Below, in pieces: positions 1 to 12,951 of a DNA stretch of 64,000 nt (position 1 is the stretch's first letter; the number at the start of each line of letters is the position of its first letter). The position numbers and the translations under genes are program-made. This stretch comes from Carcharhinus amblyrhynchos. Lineage: Eukaryota. The notes beneath the pieces were generated by a model. That model was given only the letters and a program-made list of their open reading frames with translations. It made no database searches and was not told the DNA's origin. The stretch is taken from positions 88,474,001-88,538,000 of the forward strand of contig OZ336877.1 in the NCBI GenBank assembly GCA_965287045.1, in the 5' to 3' direction.

Positions 1-445
1 ATATTGCCTCCTCCAACTCTGAGTCCTTATCTTGCCTATTATGTGGCACCTTTTTTGAGGATGTGACTAGTCGGTGAAATAAACCTTCAGTAAAACCACA
101 TTGACTTTGTCTGATCATACTATATTTGTTTAAGTGCATTGTTAAGATCGCTTTAATAACAGATTCCAGCACTTTCCCAATGACGTGTGGTCAGGCTGAT
201 TGTCCTGTAGTTCCCTTTTTGCCCCACCCTCGTCTTTTTTGAATAGTGTTACATTTGCTAACTTCTAACCTACTGAAACTGCTTTAGAATCCAGGTGTCA
301 ATGTAGATACTTCACTCCATTTGTCATGACCAAACAGCTTCTTTGAGATGGTGAGGATTTCTTTCATAATATAAATGGTACAGGAATTCATGGTTTTAAT
401 ACTTTCATAAATTATTTTTCTTTAACTATTTGAACATGTATCAAC

Positions 446-766
446 GGGCAGCATGGTGGCACAATGGTTAGCACTATTGCCTTACAGCCCCAGGGACCAG
501 GGTTCGATTCCTGGTTTGGGTCACTGTGTGGTGTTTGCACGTTCTCCCCGTGTCTGTGTGGGTTTCCTTTGGGTGCTCCTGTTTCCTCCTACACATCCAA
601 AGATGTGCGGGTTAGGCGGATTGGCCATGCCAAATTGTCCCTTAGTGTCAGGGGGACAAGCTAGGGTAAGTACATGGGGTTGTGAGGATAGGCCTGGGTG
701 GGCTTGTGGTCGGTGCAGACTCAATGGGCCGACTGGCCTCCTACTGCACTGCAGGATTCTAAGATT
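446..766 (+). mobile_element. tRNA-derived HE1-like SINE (CR1-type tail)
   Basis: A box TGGCACAATGG, B box GGTTCGATTCC, shared core, tail ctgcactgcaggattct. Confidence 0.9.
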
Positions 767-859
767 ATCGTTACAGATGTTGATTTATTGTGACTATTTT
801 ATTGCAAGATCTTTCACCTGCAAACTTTCATAAGAATGGGATGGCCTAACGTTTAATAG

Positions 860-1227
860 TTGTGCTTTTGAAGTCACTGGTGTAATGTAGCGATACACTG
901 CAGCCAATTTGCACACGAGGTAAATGATGGATGAACTGTTTTTGTTGATGTTGATTTAGAAGTAAACATTAACCAAAACAGTCTTGAAGTTCTTTGCTTT
1001 ACTATCAATCATAATAGGTGTAGATTACTCGGCCCCTTGAGCCTGCCTTGCCATCGACTTCTTAAAAATTTTGGTTCAGTTTAACCTTTTATCTAGAAGT
1101 TGGAGCTTGCAATAATGTAAGACTCCCTTGGTGCTGCACCTGTGCATCTGTCTAGATTAGGTGCTCCAGTTTTTCGAGTGGGCCCGGAATCCAACCTTCT
1201 GACTGCAACTGAGCCAAGCCTGACACC
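860..1227 (-). mobile_element. old DeuSINE/SacSINE-like remnant
   Basis: diverged similarity to the copy at 35230-35506 (cccttggtgctgcac, actgagcca). Confidence 0.5.
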
Positions 1228-1293
1228 TACATTTAGATTTCAGAATTGCATGTGCCCTATCTAATGCACTTCTTATTTAATTATCTATTTTAG

Positions 1294-1417
1294 GATCGAT
1301 ACAACCAGAGTGGAACATACCATTCCTTTAAGGGAAAATTGGGCATTACCATATTTTGCATTACAAGTTGGAGCACTCACAGGCTATCTGAAGACCAACA
1401 TTAATTCTACTATGGAA
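1294..1417 (+). CDS. DPY19L4: DPY19L4-like C-mannosyltransferase, coding exon A (first in window; upstream exons lie outside)
   Basis: tttag|G...GAA|gtgagt; encodes [41 protein letters not shown], containing the DPY19 hallmark (D)TTR...PLRE(N/S)W motif. Confidence 0.95.
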
Positions 1418-2038
1418 GTGAGTGTGGTGAAATACAGTAATCCAAATTTAGATTAAATGTTTAGTGTGATGCTCAATATCTAAATGGAAAGCCTGCATAC
1501 TCTTGCTGTCTGTGTTTTCAACTTCTGTCTTTGACTTTCAGCTCCGAGTAGCACCAAATACAACATTGATGTTGACTACTATATATATATAGAATTTTCC
1601 AGCATTGCAACAAGCTGTTTGACCCAGCAGGGCTGTGCTGGTGTTTACACTCCACATCTGCCTTCTCCAATCTTATTTCATCTCACCCTATCAAATATTC
1701 TTCCTTTCCCTTTTCCCCTCATGCACTTATTAACTTTCTTTTAAATGCTACTTTTTGCATAGACAGCATAGGACAAATGAAAACAATGACCAGATTACCA
1801 ATTCATATGGAGCTATAGAAAATTACATTTTGCACAGGCTCTTTTAAACAGCAGTCTTGCTTAACTTTGCATCGCTGTTTTTTATTCATGGCGCTAAGTT
1901 CCTCAACTTCTTTTTAAAAATTGTTCCTAGAATCAGCTGCCACCACCATTTCAAGTCAAGAATTCCTGATCCTGACAACTCTGAATAGTAAAAATTCTCA
2001 TCACCTCCACTCCAGGTCTTCTGCTGATGAATTTAGCA

Positions 2039-2331
2039 GGAGCAGCATAGTGACACAGTTGTTCGCACTGGTGCCTCACAGCACCCAGGACCTGGGTTTG
2101 ATTCCCAGCTTGGGTCACTGCCTGTGCGTAGTCTGCATGTTCTCCCCGGGTTTCCTCCGGGTGCTCCAGTTTCCTCCCACAGTCTGAAAGATGTGCTGGT
2201 CAGGTGCAGTGGCCATGGTAAATTCTCCTTCAGTGTACCCGAACAGGTGCTGGATTGTTGTGACTAGGGAACTTTCACAGTAACTTCATTGCAGTGTTAA
2301 TGTAAGCCTACTTGGGACTCTAATAAATAAA
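2039..2331 (+). mobile_element. tRNA-derived SINE (AATAAATAAA-type tail)
   Basis: same head/core as other SINEs; tail gtaacttcattgcagtgttaatgtaagcctactt...aataaataaa. Confidence 0.9.
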
Positions 2332-2339
2332 TAGAAATG

Positions 2340-2770
2340 AATCCAAGACCTCTAGTTGTTGACCTACTTGCTAAAGGGAATATTTTTCCCTTTAATTCCA
2401 TCAAAACCTCTCATCATCTTGAAAGCCTCTGTTAAGTACTCTGTTAAGCTTTCCTCTTCCAAGAGGAACTGTCCTAATTTTTCTAACCTCCATTGATAAC
2501 TGAAGTCCCTCATCCCTGGTAATATCCTGTTAAACCTCTCTACTGTCACACTTCTCCTGAAATATGGTGCCCATAATTGTCATAGCACTCTAGTTGAAGC
2601 CTAACCGGTGATTAATAAAATTATAGCTTGCTCAGTTGGCTCTCATATTCCAATCCAAAGTTTATAAACATGAGCAACCATTGTACTTTTCTTAAACCCT
2701 TATTAACTTGTTCTGTGACCATTTAAGGATTTGTGTATAAGAACATCAAACTCTCTGCACATCTACACTT
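2340..2770 (-). mobile_element. old CR1 LINE 3' fragment
   Basis: minus ORF RFNRILPGMRDFSYQWRLEKLG... resembles the CR1 ORF2 C-terminus. Confidence 0.75.
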
Positions 2771-4957
2771 TCTGAAGCATGATATGTGTAGTGTGAATGG
2801 CATGGACCATATCAGTCCAGGTTGGCTGGTGGATGGGAAAAAACGTGGGCTTTAGCAGAGTAGCTGGTGTTTTCGGCCAAATGTTAGAACAAATCTTGGT
2901 AAATGCTAGTGACTATTCTGGGGGGTGGAGTATTTTCTTAATCAGGCACTTCGTGGCCCAAAGAGGTAATCTCCTGTGGCAACGGTCACCTTGCAGCATC
3001 CACCCTCACAAGTACCCTCCCATTCTCCTTCTCTTGTTGGGGCCTGCTTAACTGGCTCTGATAAACTGAGACCCCTTTCATCTCATTGCAAAACAGCGTC
3101 CAGCGCCATGCCCTCTCAGCTTGTGCAGTCTCAGCAGTGACCACAGCTCCCAGTGACCACAGCTGAAACTGAAGAGCTGCTGACTGTCCGATTGGCTGGC
3201 AGCTCTTAGAGGTGGGCTCCCCTCTTTTAAAAGGTTTGGCATCCCACCGGCAGCCAATTAGTTGCCAGTTAGACTTAAAATGCAGCTGTGGCTCCCTAAA
3301 TGGCCACAGTGGGGTTGCCCCTCTCTTTCTGGCCTGCTGTTGGAGCTACCTCTGCCAGTTTACTTAAATTCATCTTAGGTTTTGTTGAAGACTTGTCAAT
3401 GCACTGAGTTTTTCATTGTGCAAACCCATCAGACTTCTTATGTAGTGAAGGAGTAGTAGGGGGTTTGAAATCAGCTGGCTCCACTGAGGCCAGCAGTTTC
3501 TTTGACTCACGACTGATCTGCACTCTGTAGCTGTTGAGGGGCGTTCCACTATCACTGTAAATGAAGGGGTGATTGATGACAGAAGACTGGCCTCAGTAAA
3601 ATTATTACACTGGCGATGAGGAATAAAGCAAGTACTTTTACTTCCCTCTGGATTGTCTTCACTATTGAGACAAACAATCCTCCAGTAAGAAACATGCCCC
3701 TTTCAGGAAAACTTGATGTAAGCACAGAAGACTGGGTCCAATACTCAGACCGCACACATTACTTTTTTTGGGCCAACAACATTGAGAGGGATGAGAAGTA
3801 GAAAGTGATCCTGTTGACAGTATGTGGGTTCCAACTTCAGTGTAATTCTGACCTACCGGGATGCCCAGACTCCAAAACCTTTAATGAATTTGTGGTCTTG
3901 GTTAAAAGCTATAATGACCCTAAATCTTCCATAATACTTTAGCAATACTGTTTTAACATGGCAAGGTGAACCCCTGGGGAAATCTGTGACCGAGTTGAAC
4001 AGGCTGCAAAAATTAGCAAAGTGCACGGAATTCAGGCCACCCCTAAACAAATGCTGCGAGATAGACTGGTCTGTGGAATTAACGAAGTGACAGTCTAAAA
4101 AATAATTATTGGTGGAACTCAACTTGTACACCATTGTGATAGCTCTATCATTGGAGATTGCAGAGAAAGGAGCTGAGGAATTATAGGAAACGTCAGATAG
4201 CCATGTCCTCAAATTGGAGGGAATGCGTCTCATGCACTGTACATCCCTCAACCGAGAACGATGGTATCGGTAAAATATCTGTGTCCCTGGCAGCAATGGT
4301 ACATGAGTTGCATCACCAGGCAATCAAGGGAAGTCAGGGACAGCCTTCAGACTCCTCGGAAGCATATTCCAGAAGATTGTGGGTGCCAAATGGCAGACTA
4401 TTGCAAGCACTGAAGAAGACCACAATCAAGGGTAAGTGATGGGGATAGTCATAACACATGCTATTTTGAGAAAAGGCCAAGGCCAATACCAGACTGTAGC
4501 TGGCAGAAAGGCCCACAATGAGGGCAATGCAATTAAATGGCATCTCCAGGACAAAAGTTGCCCCCATAATGGTGGAGTTGTTAGTAAATGGCCACCCATT
4601 AAAATAGGAGTGGATATGAGGACTGCAATCTCTGTTATCGGGGAGGAGACTTATGATCAACTCTGGGTTGATATTCAGCTCCTGAACTTAGAAAGCACAA
4701 GGCCAGGCTGGCCACAACACAGGGGAGCTGTGGCAAATAAAGGGCGCCATGGTGAGCCTAGTGACTTATAAGCAGCAGCCTGCTCAACTTGCACTCATCA
4801 TTGTATGGGGATAAGGACCTAGCCTAACAGGGAGAGATTGGTTCCAACACATCAGACTGAATCGGCCGGCGATCATTAGGTTAGGCACTGCAGGACTGTA
4901 CAAAGTCACCAGTAAGTACTCTGAAGTCTTCCAAGAAGAGCTTAGGAAAATAAAAGG

Positions 4958-5875
4958 ACATGATGTGGATATGCCGGCGTTGGACTGGGGTAAACACAGT
5001 AAGAAGTCTGACAACACCAGGTTTAAGTCCAACCGATTTATTTGATTGTAAACTCACAAGCTTCCGAGGTTAAGCTCTTCTTCAGGTGAATGAAGAGTTC
5101 TGGCCTCAGACAGAGCATATAAAGCACAGACAGCTTACAGATTACTGATTAGGATGCGAATCTTTACACCTAACCTGCTGTTCAAGTCTTAAAGTGGCCG
5201 ACAGTGTGAGTGGAAGGAGCACTGATCACAGGTTAAAGAGATGTGTATTGTCTCCAGACAGTACAGTAAGTGTGGTTTTGCAAACCCAGGCAAGTCACAG
5301 GGGTTACAGATAGTGCGACATGAACCCAAGACCCTTGTTGAGACCGTCCTCATATGTGCGGAACTTGGCTATCAGTCTCTGCTCAGTGACTCTGCGCTGT
5401 CGTGTGTTGTGAAGGCCGCCTTGGAGAATGACCTTTGGGTAACCATTCTCCAAGGCGGCCTTCACGACACACGACAGCACAGGGTCGCTGAGCAGAGACT
5501 GATAGCCAAGTTCCGCACACATGAGGACGGTCTCAACAGGGATCTTGGGTTCATGTCGCACTATCTGTAACCCCCATGACCTGCCTGGGTTTGCAGAACC
5601 TCACTTACTGTACTGTCTGGAGACAATACACATCTCTTTAACCTGTGATCAGTGCTCCTTCCACTCATATTGTCGGCCACTTTAAGACTTGAACAGCAGG
5701 TTAGGTGTAAAGATTTGCATTCTAATCAGTAGTTTGTAAACTGTCTGTGCTTCATGTGCTCTGTCTGAGGCCAGAACTCTCCATTCACCTGAAGAAGAGC
5801 TTAACCTCAAAAGCTTGTGAGTTTACCATCAAATAAATCGGTTGGACTTAAACCTGGTGTTGTCAGAATTTTTAC
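4958..5875. mobile_element. fold-back (inverted) Penelope-like element insertion no.1
   Basis: inverted arms 4999-5430 / 5444-5875, extra 41-nt tail on the left arm only; GIY-YIG C-terminus (ILQGGLHDTRQ..EQRLIAKFRTHEDGLNRD); 11-bp TSD aaaataaaagg at 4947-4957 and 5876-5886. Confidence 0.93.
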
Positions 5876-6747
5876 AAAATAAAAGGTGCCAAAGCTAAGA
5901 TTTACATTGACCCTGATGCTACGCCAAAGTATTTTGGAGTGAGATCGGTTCCATACTCCCTATTGGAAAAGGTCATGTCAGAACTGGAATGCCTGGAAAA
6001 CTGGGCATTATAAGACTCATTCAGTTTGCAGAGTGGGCCACACCTGTTGCTCCTGTCCTTAAGTCAGATAAGTCAGTCTGACTTTGTGGAGACTATAAGC
6101 TTACACTCAATAAAGATTTTAACTTGACATTTATCCCATGCCCCAGATTGAAGACCTGTACATCCACTTAATTTTGGCGGGGGGGGGGACATCAGCCATG
6201 TGTACCTCCAACTTGAATCAGACGAGCCTTCCCGAAAGTACGTAACAATTTATACACACAAAGGCCTATACGAGAACATTCACCTGCCTTTTGGGCTCTC
6301 ACCTGCATGCACCATTTTTCAATGAGTCGTAGAGAATATACTCCAAGGGTTACTTCAGAAAGTGTTATATTTGAACAATGTCTTAGTCATAGGAATTTTG
6401 AAATGCAAACATCTAGCTAACCGGGAAGAGGTCTTACGGCGATTTTCAGAGGTCAGGGTACACCTGAAAAGGGGAAAATGTGTCTCCCGAGTTAGTGCTG
6501 TGATCTATTTGGGCTATTGGGCAGATGGCAAGGACCTTCATCTGGAAGATGAGGTGAGGGCCTTAAGGAGGAGCCAATTCCAAAGAATCCCATGGAATTG
6601 AAATCCTTCTTGGGATTATTGAATTATTAGGGGAAGTTTATTGCTTCTTTGCTGGCCTCCCTGCATGCCCTACTATGGAAATATCAAAGGTGGCCTGGGA
6701 GAGTGGGGGCGGAGGGGGCTGCTGCAGCTAGAGACTTTCAACAGAAT

Positions 6748-7596
6748 TGTGACGTTAGTGTATCTTTAAGAAAGGTATTTAAAAGTCATGATCTCTGCTG
6801 CTCTCTTAGCTTCAGTGTTTCTCAGCTCACAGCCTCAGCTGAAGTTATTTGTTACTGGCTTGACTGGGGATATCCTTTTATTGTGACTTCAATAGCTGAA
6901 ATGGGGGTTGTTCATGTTTATCCTGGGATTGGCTTCATGGCTCAGCACTGTTAGGAGGAAGGTCATGGGTTCTGGTAAGTTTTTTTTTCCTTTCCGGAGT
7001 ATTCAAGGTTTAATTTTTTGTTTTTGGCTGACAACAGTGTTTTAGTTTAGAAGGGAGTGGACTTCAGACTGAAAGCAGTATCTCTCTCTCTCTCTCCTTG
7101 GTTTTGGGAAATTCTGCTGTTTAGTTGAAAGCCTTCCTGGAGTAGAAAATCTGCTGTTGGTGGATTACCTGCAGCCCCTGTTCTGGGAAGCTATCCTGAC
7201 TTCAAACTGTTCTGAGTCTATTCAGAGAACTGCAGATTTCATCCAAAGATCTCAAGTCCAGTATCACATCTTTGCTGTGTTAAACTTGTGAAAAGGGCTT
7301 TGTCTATGGGATTGGTTTGATTGGAACACATTAGATAAATTTGTTGAGGATTATACATTATAGTGGTTGTTCTGTTTCTTATTTGTAATTGATAAAAGTT
7401 CTTGCTAATTTTCTTACTATACGCGTTAACTATATTCTTAAATAAACTTTGTTTGATAAAATCTCCCTAGCAGGTCACTTGAATCAAACCTAAAGTAAAA
7501 CATATCATACTTATCCTAGACAAGTTCAAGAGACAAAACTTATGATCCAGGAGGGCTCCATAAAACACTTCAGAGTTTTTGGCCTGAATCATAACA
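6748..7596 (+). mobile_element. solo LTR inserted in the Gypsy pol region
   Basis: TG...CA termini (tgtgac...ataaca), 4-bp TSD GAAT (6744-6747 / 7597-7600), internal AATAAA at 7441; removal restores host frame ETFNRINQELLSS. Confidence 0.85.
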
Positions 7597-8524
7597 GAAT
7601 TAATCAGGAACTTTTGTCCTCTAATTTAATAACACACTTTGACCCCAAAATCGACCCTATCTTGACATGCGATTGCCCCCTCTCCCTTATGGGATTGGCG
7701 CAGTACTGGCACAATGCTGGAGAACTGGGACAGAGAAGCCTATTGCGTGCACATCTAGGACCCCCTCAGAGGCTAAGCAGAGGTATTCCCAGATCAAGAA
7801 AAGGGACTGGCAGTTGTTTTCAGCATTTAAAAACTTCCATCAGTATGTCTGTGGTAGACATTTTTTCATAGTGACTGATCATAAACCACTGCTGGGATAT
7901 TTTAAAGAAGGCAAAGCAATGCCCCCCACGCACACATTGCCTCTGCCTGGATACAATATTGGGTCTTGTTATTGGCGGCTTATGAATACCTCCTAGAAAC
8001 CGCCCCCCCCCAACCCCCCAGAGTTGGGTAGCTAACGCTAATGCATTGAGTCATTTGCCATTGCCCATAAGCCCAACTTCACAACAAGCTATGGAAGAGG
8101 TCATGATGAGCCTCAATGTTTTGGACATCTTGCTGATACTGCGGGGCAAATCAAGGCTGGAAAGGACCCAGTCCCAAGTGAATTAAAAAAACATAATACT
8201 ATATGGGGGATTCAGAGGACAGCCTTCAGATGAAATGAAGCATTACTGAACAAAGAAAGATGAGCTTGGTATTGAGGATGGCCTTATCCTCTAGGGTTCC
8301 TGCATAGCTATCCCTCGCACAGGGTGATGTTGGATACTTATAGCATTATACCATAGCCATCCCGGGATTTCAAAGATGAAAATGCTAGCCAGGAGTTATG
8401 TATGGTGGCCCGGCCTTGATTCAGACATTACTGATTTGGTTAGACAGTGTGAGTCATGTCAAGAGAATCAAACCCACTCCTCCCCCTTCAGCCACTGTAT
8501 GGGAATGGCCTTGTAGTCCCGGGG

Positions 8525-9565
8525 TGTTTTTTTTTGGATTTGATTTATTATTGCCATATGTATTAGTGTACAGTGCAAAGTATTGTTTCTTGCCTTCTAT
8601 ACAAATAAAGCATACTGTTCATTGAGAAGAAATCAAGAGAGTACAGAATGTAGTGTTGCAGTCATAGCTAGAGTGTAGAGAAAGATCAGCTTAATGTGAG
8701 GTAGGTCCATTCAAAAGTCTGATGGTACATAGAACATAGAACATAGAACACTACAGCACAAACAGGCCCTTTGGCCCACAAGTTGCGCCGATCACATCTA
8801 TACCTACCAAGCCACAGAACTATCTGTAACTTCCAATGCCATTAGATCCCATATACTCATCCAGAAGTCTTTTAAAATACCCCAGCGAGTCCGCCTCTAC
8901 CACCACCGACTACAGCTCCAAACATGTATACATATTTGGTGCTGTCATGTGAACAATAATCCTGCTGCCTCCCAGGCACAGCCAACATTTATGAATATGT
9001 GCTCAGGGCAGCTAAGTAGACCAAAACCAAATTTAAAGACCATGTTATGACTTAAATTAATACACATTAGTGGTTTATTGCTGTGTACCAATTTTTAGCT
9101 CAAGTCCCTGTTCTGTGTATTCGAGTTTCTCATTGCTTCTTATTGCCCTTTCGGTATTGTTCTTTCCCAACAAAAAACGGTGAAGCTGTAGAATGTGCAT
9201 GCATTCAGATACTGCCAAATGACCCGTAGAGATATGTTATGTGGGGGAGGACATCATAGGTTACTGCTGCGTGGCTACAATCAAAGACTGGGTTGAAATT
9301 GGTAGCAGGGAAGAAGCAGTTCTTGAGTCAGTTGGTACATGACCTCAGACTTTTGTATCTTTTCCTGACGGAAGAAGGTGTGAGAGAGTATATCCGGGGT
9401 GCGTGGGATCATAATTATGCTGGCTGCTTTGCCGAGACAGCAGAAAGTGTAGACAGAGTCAATAGATAGGAGGCTGGTTTGCGTGATGGACTGGGCTTTA
9501 TTCATGACCATTTCTAGTTTCTTGTGGTCTTGGGCAGAGCAGGAACCATACCAAGTTGTGATACA
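8525..9565 (-). mobile_element. Rex1/Babar-type LINE 3' fragment, itself interrupted at 8728-9299
   Basis: minus ORF NKAQSITQTSLLSIDSVYTFCCLGKAASII resembles the Rex-Babar C-terminus; AATAAA/A-rich tail at left end. Confidence 0.75.
8728..9299 (-). mobile_element. chimeric insertion: CR1 3' end (8728-8910) plus about 390 bp unrelated sequence
   Basis: (catagaa)n tail and body similar to the CR1 end at 31893-32296; whole unit flanked by 5-bp repeat tggta (8723-8727 / 9300-9304). Confidence 0.7.
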
Positions 9566-10630
9566 GTCAGAGTGTGTGAGTGTGTGTAGACTCCATTGGG
9601 TGTTTTATGGGTTCCATGTTACTGATTATAGTTGACGTGCATTCCAAATGGTTGGAGATGCATAGGATGAATTCCATCACTTCCCATGATGCCATTGAGA
9701 AACTATGACAAGGTTTCTCCACGGATGGGACATCTGAAATCTGGGTTTCTGACATTGGCACTGCCTTTACTTGTACCAAGTTTCAGACCTTCACGCATTC
9801 CAATGGAATCAAACACATTAGAACAGCACCTTATCACCCGCCATCGAATGGGTTGGCTAAATGAATGGTGCAAACTTTTAAGCTCGGCACCCTGTAGCAT
9901 CCGTAGAGACCAAACTGGTGTATTCTTTATTCGACTATAGGACTCCCCCTCACACAACGATAGGAATCACCCCAGCAGAATTGTTAATGAAATGGAGGCT
10001 TTGGACAAGATTAAGCTTACTATCACCAAACCTGGCGGGGAGCGTGGAGTTCCAAGAAGAGAAGTAGAAGAAGAATCATGATTCTGTAAGGACAGACAGA
10101 ACATTCAAAATTGGCCACCCAGTGCACATGAGGAACTTTGGGGACAGGCCTCAGTTGGGTCCCCAGGATTGTAACAGCGAAAATGGGAGCTCCCTGTCCT
10201 ATGAAGTCCAAATACAGGGCAAGATTTTCAGAAAACACCTGGACCATTCCCGGAATAGGGAGTCCACGCTGGTACAAGCATCATTACCAGCCATGGGGAT
10301 GGCCACTGCCAGCATTGAGCCACTAATGAAGGTTGACCCCACACCGGCCCCTCCGTGTGATGAGGATATGGATTCCAATATGGAAGGGGAAGAGACTGGC
10401 ATCCTTACTGAAATGAGACCTTAGGAAGAGTGAGAGTGTGTGAATTTGCAGCTTTCTCCTCAGGAGCAAAGGTCTCCCATCTGCATCATACCCCGGTCCG
10501 GTCCTGCCTCCAGCAATACCAGACCAATCACTAAGATGCAAAAGACTCTCCCATGGCGGGGGTGCAGGGGAAGAAACAGACTTGAGGGGGGAGTGATGTT
10601 GTAATGGCCATGAGGGATCTTCAGTAGGTC

Positions 10631-10820
10631 TTAGGCTAATTGGTGTAACAAATTGTCCCTAAATTAGTCTCCCCTCAATCTGGTTTCCAATGTGGAGTGC
10701 CATAAGCGTAGACAAGGGTCACGGGTGGAAGAGGGAACTCACAATGTTAAAATGGCGGTGCGGGCTCGATGGGCCGAAGGGCCTGTTTCCCGTGCTGGGT
10801 TGTTCTTTGTTCTTTGTTTT
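10631..10820 (+). mobile_element. 5'-truncated SINE with (GTTCTTT)n tail inside the Gypsy 3' LTR
   Basis: similar to 31006-31228; ends gggcctgtttcccgtgctgggttgttctttgttctttg. Confidence 0.75.
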
Positions 10821-11195
10821 TTGTCTCCCTATAGGCCTCTTTGAATATGAGCTCCCCTATTAGGGGAGTGAAAGCTCATCCAATAAGGAAGGAGCAGTGG
10901 GGGGTTTAAAATCAGCTGGCTTCACTCACGCTGATAGTCAATAGACTTGGACCGATTCTGCATTGAATGGTGCTCACGTCTCACTGTGAATAAAATGGTG
11001 ATTCGTGATGGAAGACTGGCCTTGGTACGATTATTACATTAGTCCACTCCATAGCAGCGCTCATCTGAGTCCTCTGCAGCAGAACCTGTATGTGAATGTA
11101 CCCTCAGATAGACTAGCACTTGTGCTAACCTTGCTTTGGCTACCAACCACTCATGTAGATCCTATCTCTAAGCTGTCTTGTAAATTATATGCGGT

Positions 11196-12326
11196 TGTTG
11201 AGATCCCTGGAGAGACTGACAACATTTAGAATCATATTAAAATTTTTAGTGTCTGACTAGAAGGATCACATGACAAGATTTCAAGTTTTAAGACTTTTGC
11301 CGTAATAAACAAACTAAAAGCAATCTTATATAAATGTTATCTAATAGGCAACATTTACTCAAAACTATAGAAGAAATATCCCCCATTTAACTTTTAAAAC
11401 CACAGAAATCCCTCCTCCTTAGTTATACTTCACTTTAAGATGGCACAGTGGCACAGTAGTTAGCACTGCTGCCTCACAACGCAAGGATCCAGGTTCAATT
11501 CCAGCTTGGATCACTGTCTGTGTGGAGTTTGCATGTTCTCCCTGTATCTGTGTGGGTTTCCTCTGGGTGATGCTGGTTTCTTTCCATAGTCCAAAGAAAT
11601 GCAGGTTAGGTTGATTGGCCATGCTAAATTGCGACTAAATGTCAGGAGATTCACAGGGTAAATTTGTGTGGAACAGAGCCTGTGTAGGATGGTAGTCAGT
11701 GCAGACTCAATAGGCCGAGTGGCCGCCTTCTGCACTGTAGAGATTCTATGATTCAGATTCTATGACTCTGTCCTTTAAGTGTACACTTTATTCTACAGAA
11801 ACCAGTGCAAAGATATTCTTAACTCCTGATGACATGTTTCTATTTTCCTTTTTCAGCTGGATAACTTCTAACCCCCAAACTGATTTTCACGATGAGGGTT
11901 GAATTGGACCTTCTTACCTCTAACCAAGCTAGGCAAATCTTCTAGTCTTGTTTAAATCCTCACAAAGTCGGTCTTCTTAATCTGATCATGAACTCCCTCC
12001 TATCTAACGACTGACTGGGCATTCTCTCTACTTAAGCTGCAGGGCTAGCCGCTTCTATTTTTCTCGGCTGTTTCTTTACACAGGTTCTTGCAGACTGACC
12101 TCTGAGGTTCAGTGGTAGCTTAAAAAACTTGTAAGTTGATAGTGTACTGGCTTGCAATGGACACTTCCAGTCTTAGCCCATCTCTAATGCTATGGGCCTA
12201 GTGAGTAGGTAGAAATGCTAATTAGCTGTCCTTTTGACTCCCAACTCATTTCATCTTGGAAAGGAATAGACAGTTTAATTTATAACCATTTATGAAAGCT
12301 GACATTCTTAATACCTCCCTGTGACT
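11196..12326 (-). mobile_element. putative old solo-LTR-like repeat (interrupted by a SINE)
   Basis: tgttga...tgtgac ends; shares cacat(g/a)acaagatttca with the 39551-40679 segment; no TSD recognised. Confidence 0.3.
11441..11766 (+). mobile_element. HE1-like SINE (CR1-type tail)
   Basis: tRNA head, core, attctatgattc tail. Confidence 0.9.
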
Positions 12327-12611
12327 TAGAACATAGAACATAGAACACTACAGTCTATTGGCCGTCAGCACAGTTGCCCTGGTCATTGTTTGTAAGTATA
12401 AATAGATCATGCCTTCTTCCAAGTTACACAACTTGAGTCTCCACTTTAACCTTTTAATAATCAAGCCAACCAATTCAGGCAGAATTCAGGAGATATCACT
12501 TGACACATACCATCGTCCACTTTGATTGAGCTGATGTAAAACTCTGTTGCCCATTACCCAACTCAGACCAACCCTGGTTACCCATCACCCCTGTGCATGC
12601 TGACCTAATTT

Positions 12612-12951
12612 GACAGCATGGTATCACAGTGGTTAGCACTGCTGCTTCACAGCTCCAGGGACCTGGGTTCGATTCCTGGCTTGGGTCACTGTGGAGATTG
12701 CACATTCTCCTCGTGTCTGTGTGGGTTTCCTCTGGGTGCTCCGGTTTCTTCCCACAGTCCAAACATATGCGGGTTAGGTTGATTGGCCATGCTAAAATTG
12801 CCCCTTAGTGTCCTGAGGTGCGCAGGTTAGAGGAAATAGCGGGTAAAATATGTAGGGATATGGGGGTAAGACCTGGGTGGGATTGTGGTCAATGCAGACT
12901 GAATGGGCCGAATGGCCTCTTTCTGCACTGTAGGGTTCTATGATTCTATGA
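12612..12951 (+). mobile_element. HE1-like SINE (CR1-type tail)
   Basis: tRNA head, core, ttctatgattctatga tail. Confidence 0.9.

Larger units (their letters stand above)
3447..11038 (+). mobile_element. decayed Gypsy/Ty3 LTR retrotransposon (gag-PR-RT-RH-IN) with nested insertions
   Basis: partial 5' LTR ending ...attattaca (3609) followed by PBS-like tggcgatgagg; gag DWVQYSDRTHYFFWANNI; degenerate protease VDMRTAISVI; RT EWATPVAPVLK..LCGDYK and YLNNVLV; RNase H YGIGAVLA..TDHKPLLG; integrase HPGISKMKMLARSYVWWP and APYHPPSNG; PPT gaggggggag; 3' LTR tgttgtaat(10597)...attattaca(11038). Many stops and frameshifts. Confidence 0.93.

Noticed and set aside
453-833. ORFs overlapping SINEs (also near 14021, 33148, 61620) as proteins
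   Set aside because: Chance open frames in a repeated non-coding SINE
3616-10424. Domesticated or active Gypsy gag/pol gene
   Set aside because: Numerous stops and frameshifts; protease DTG and RT YLDD catalytic motifs are mutated
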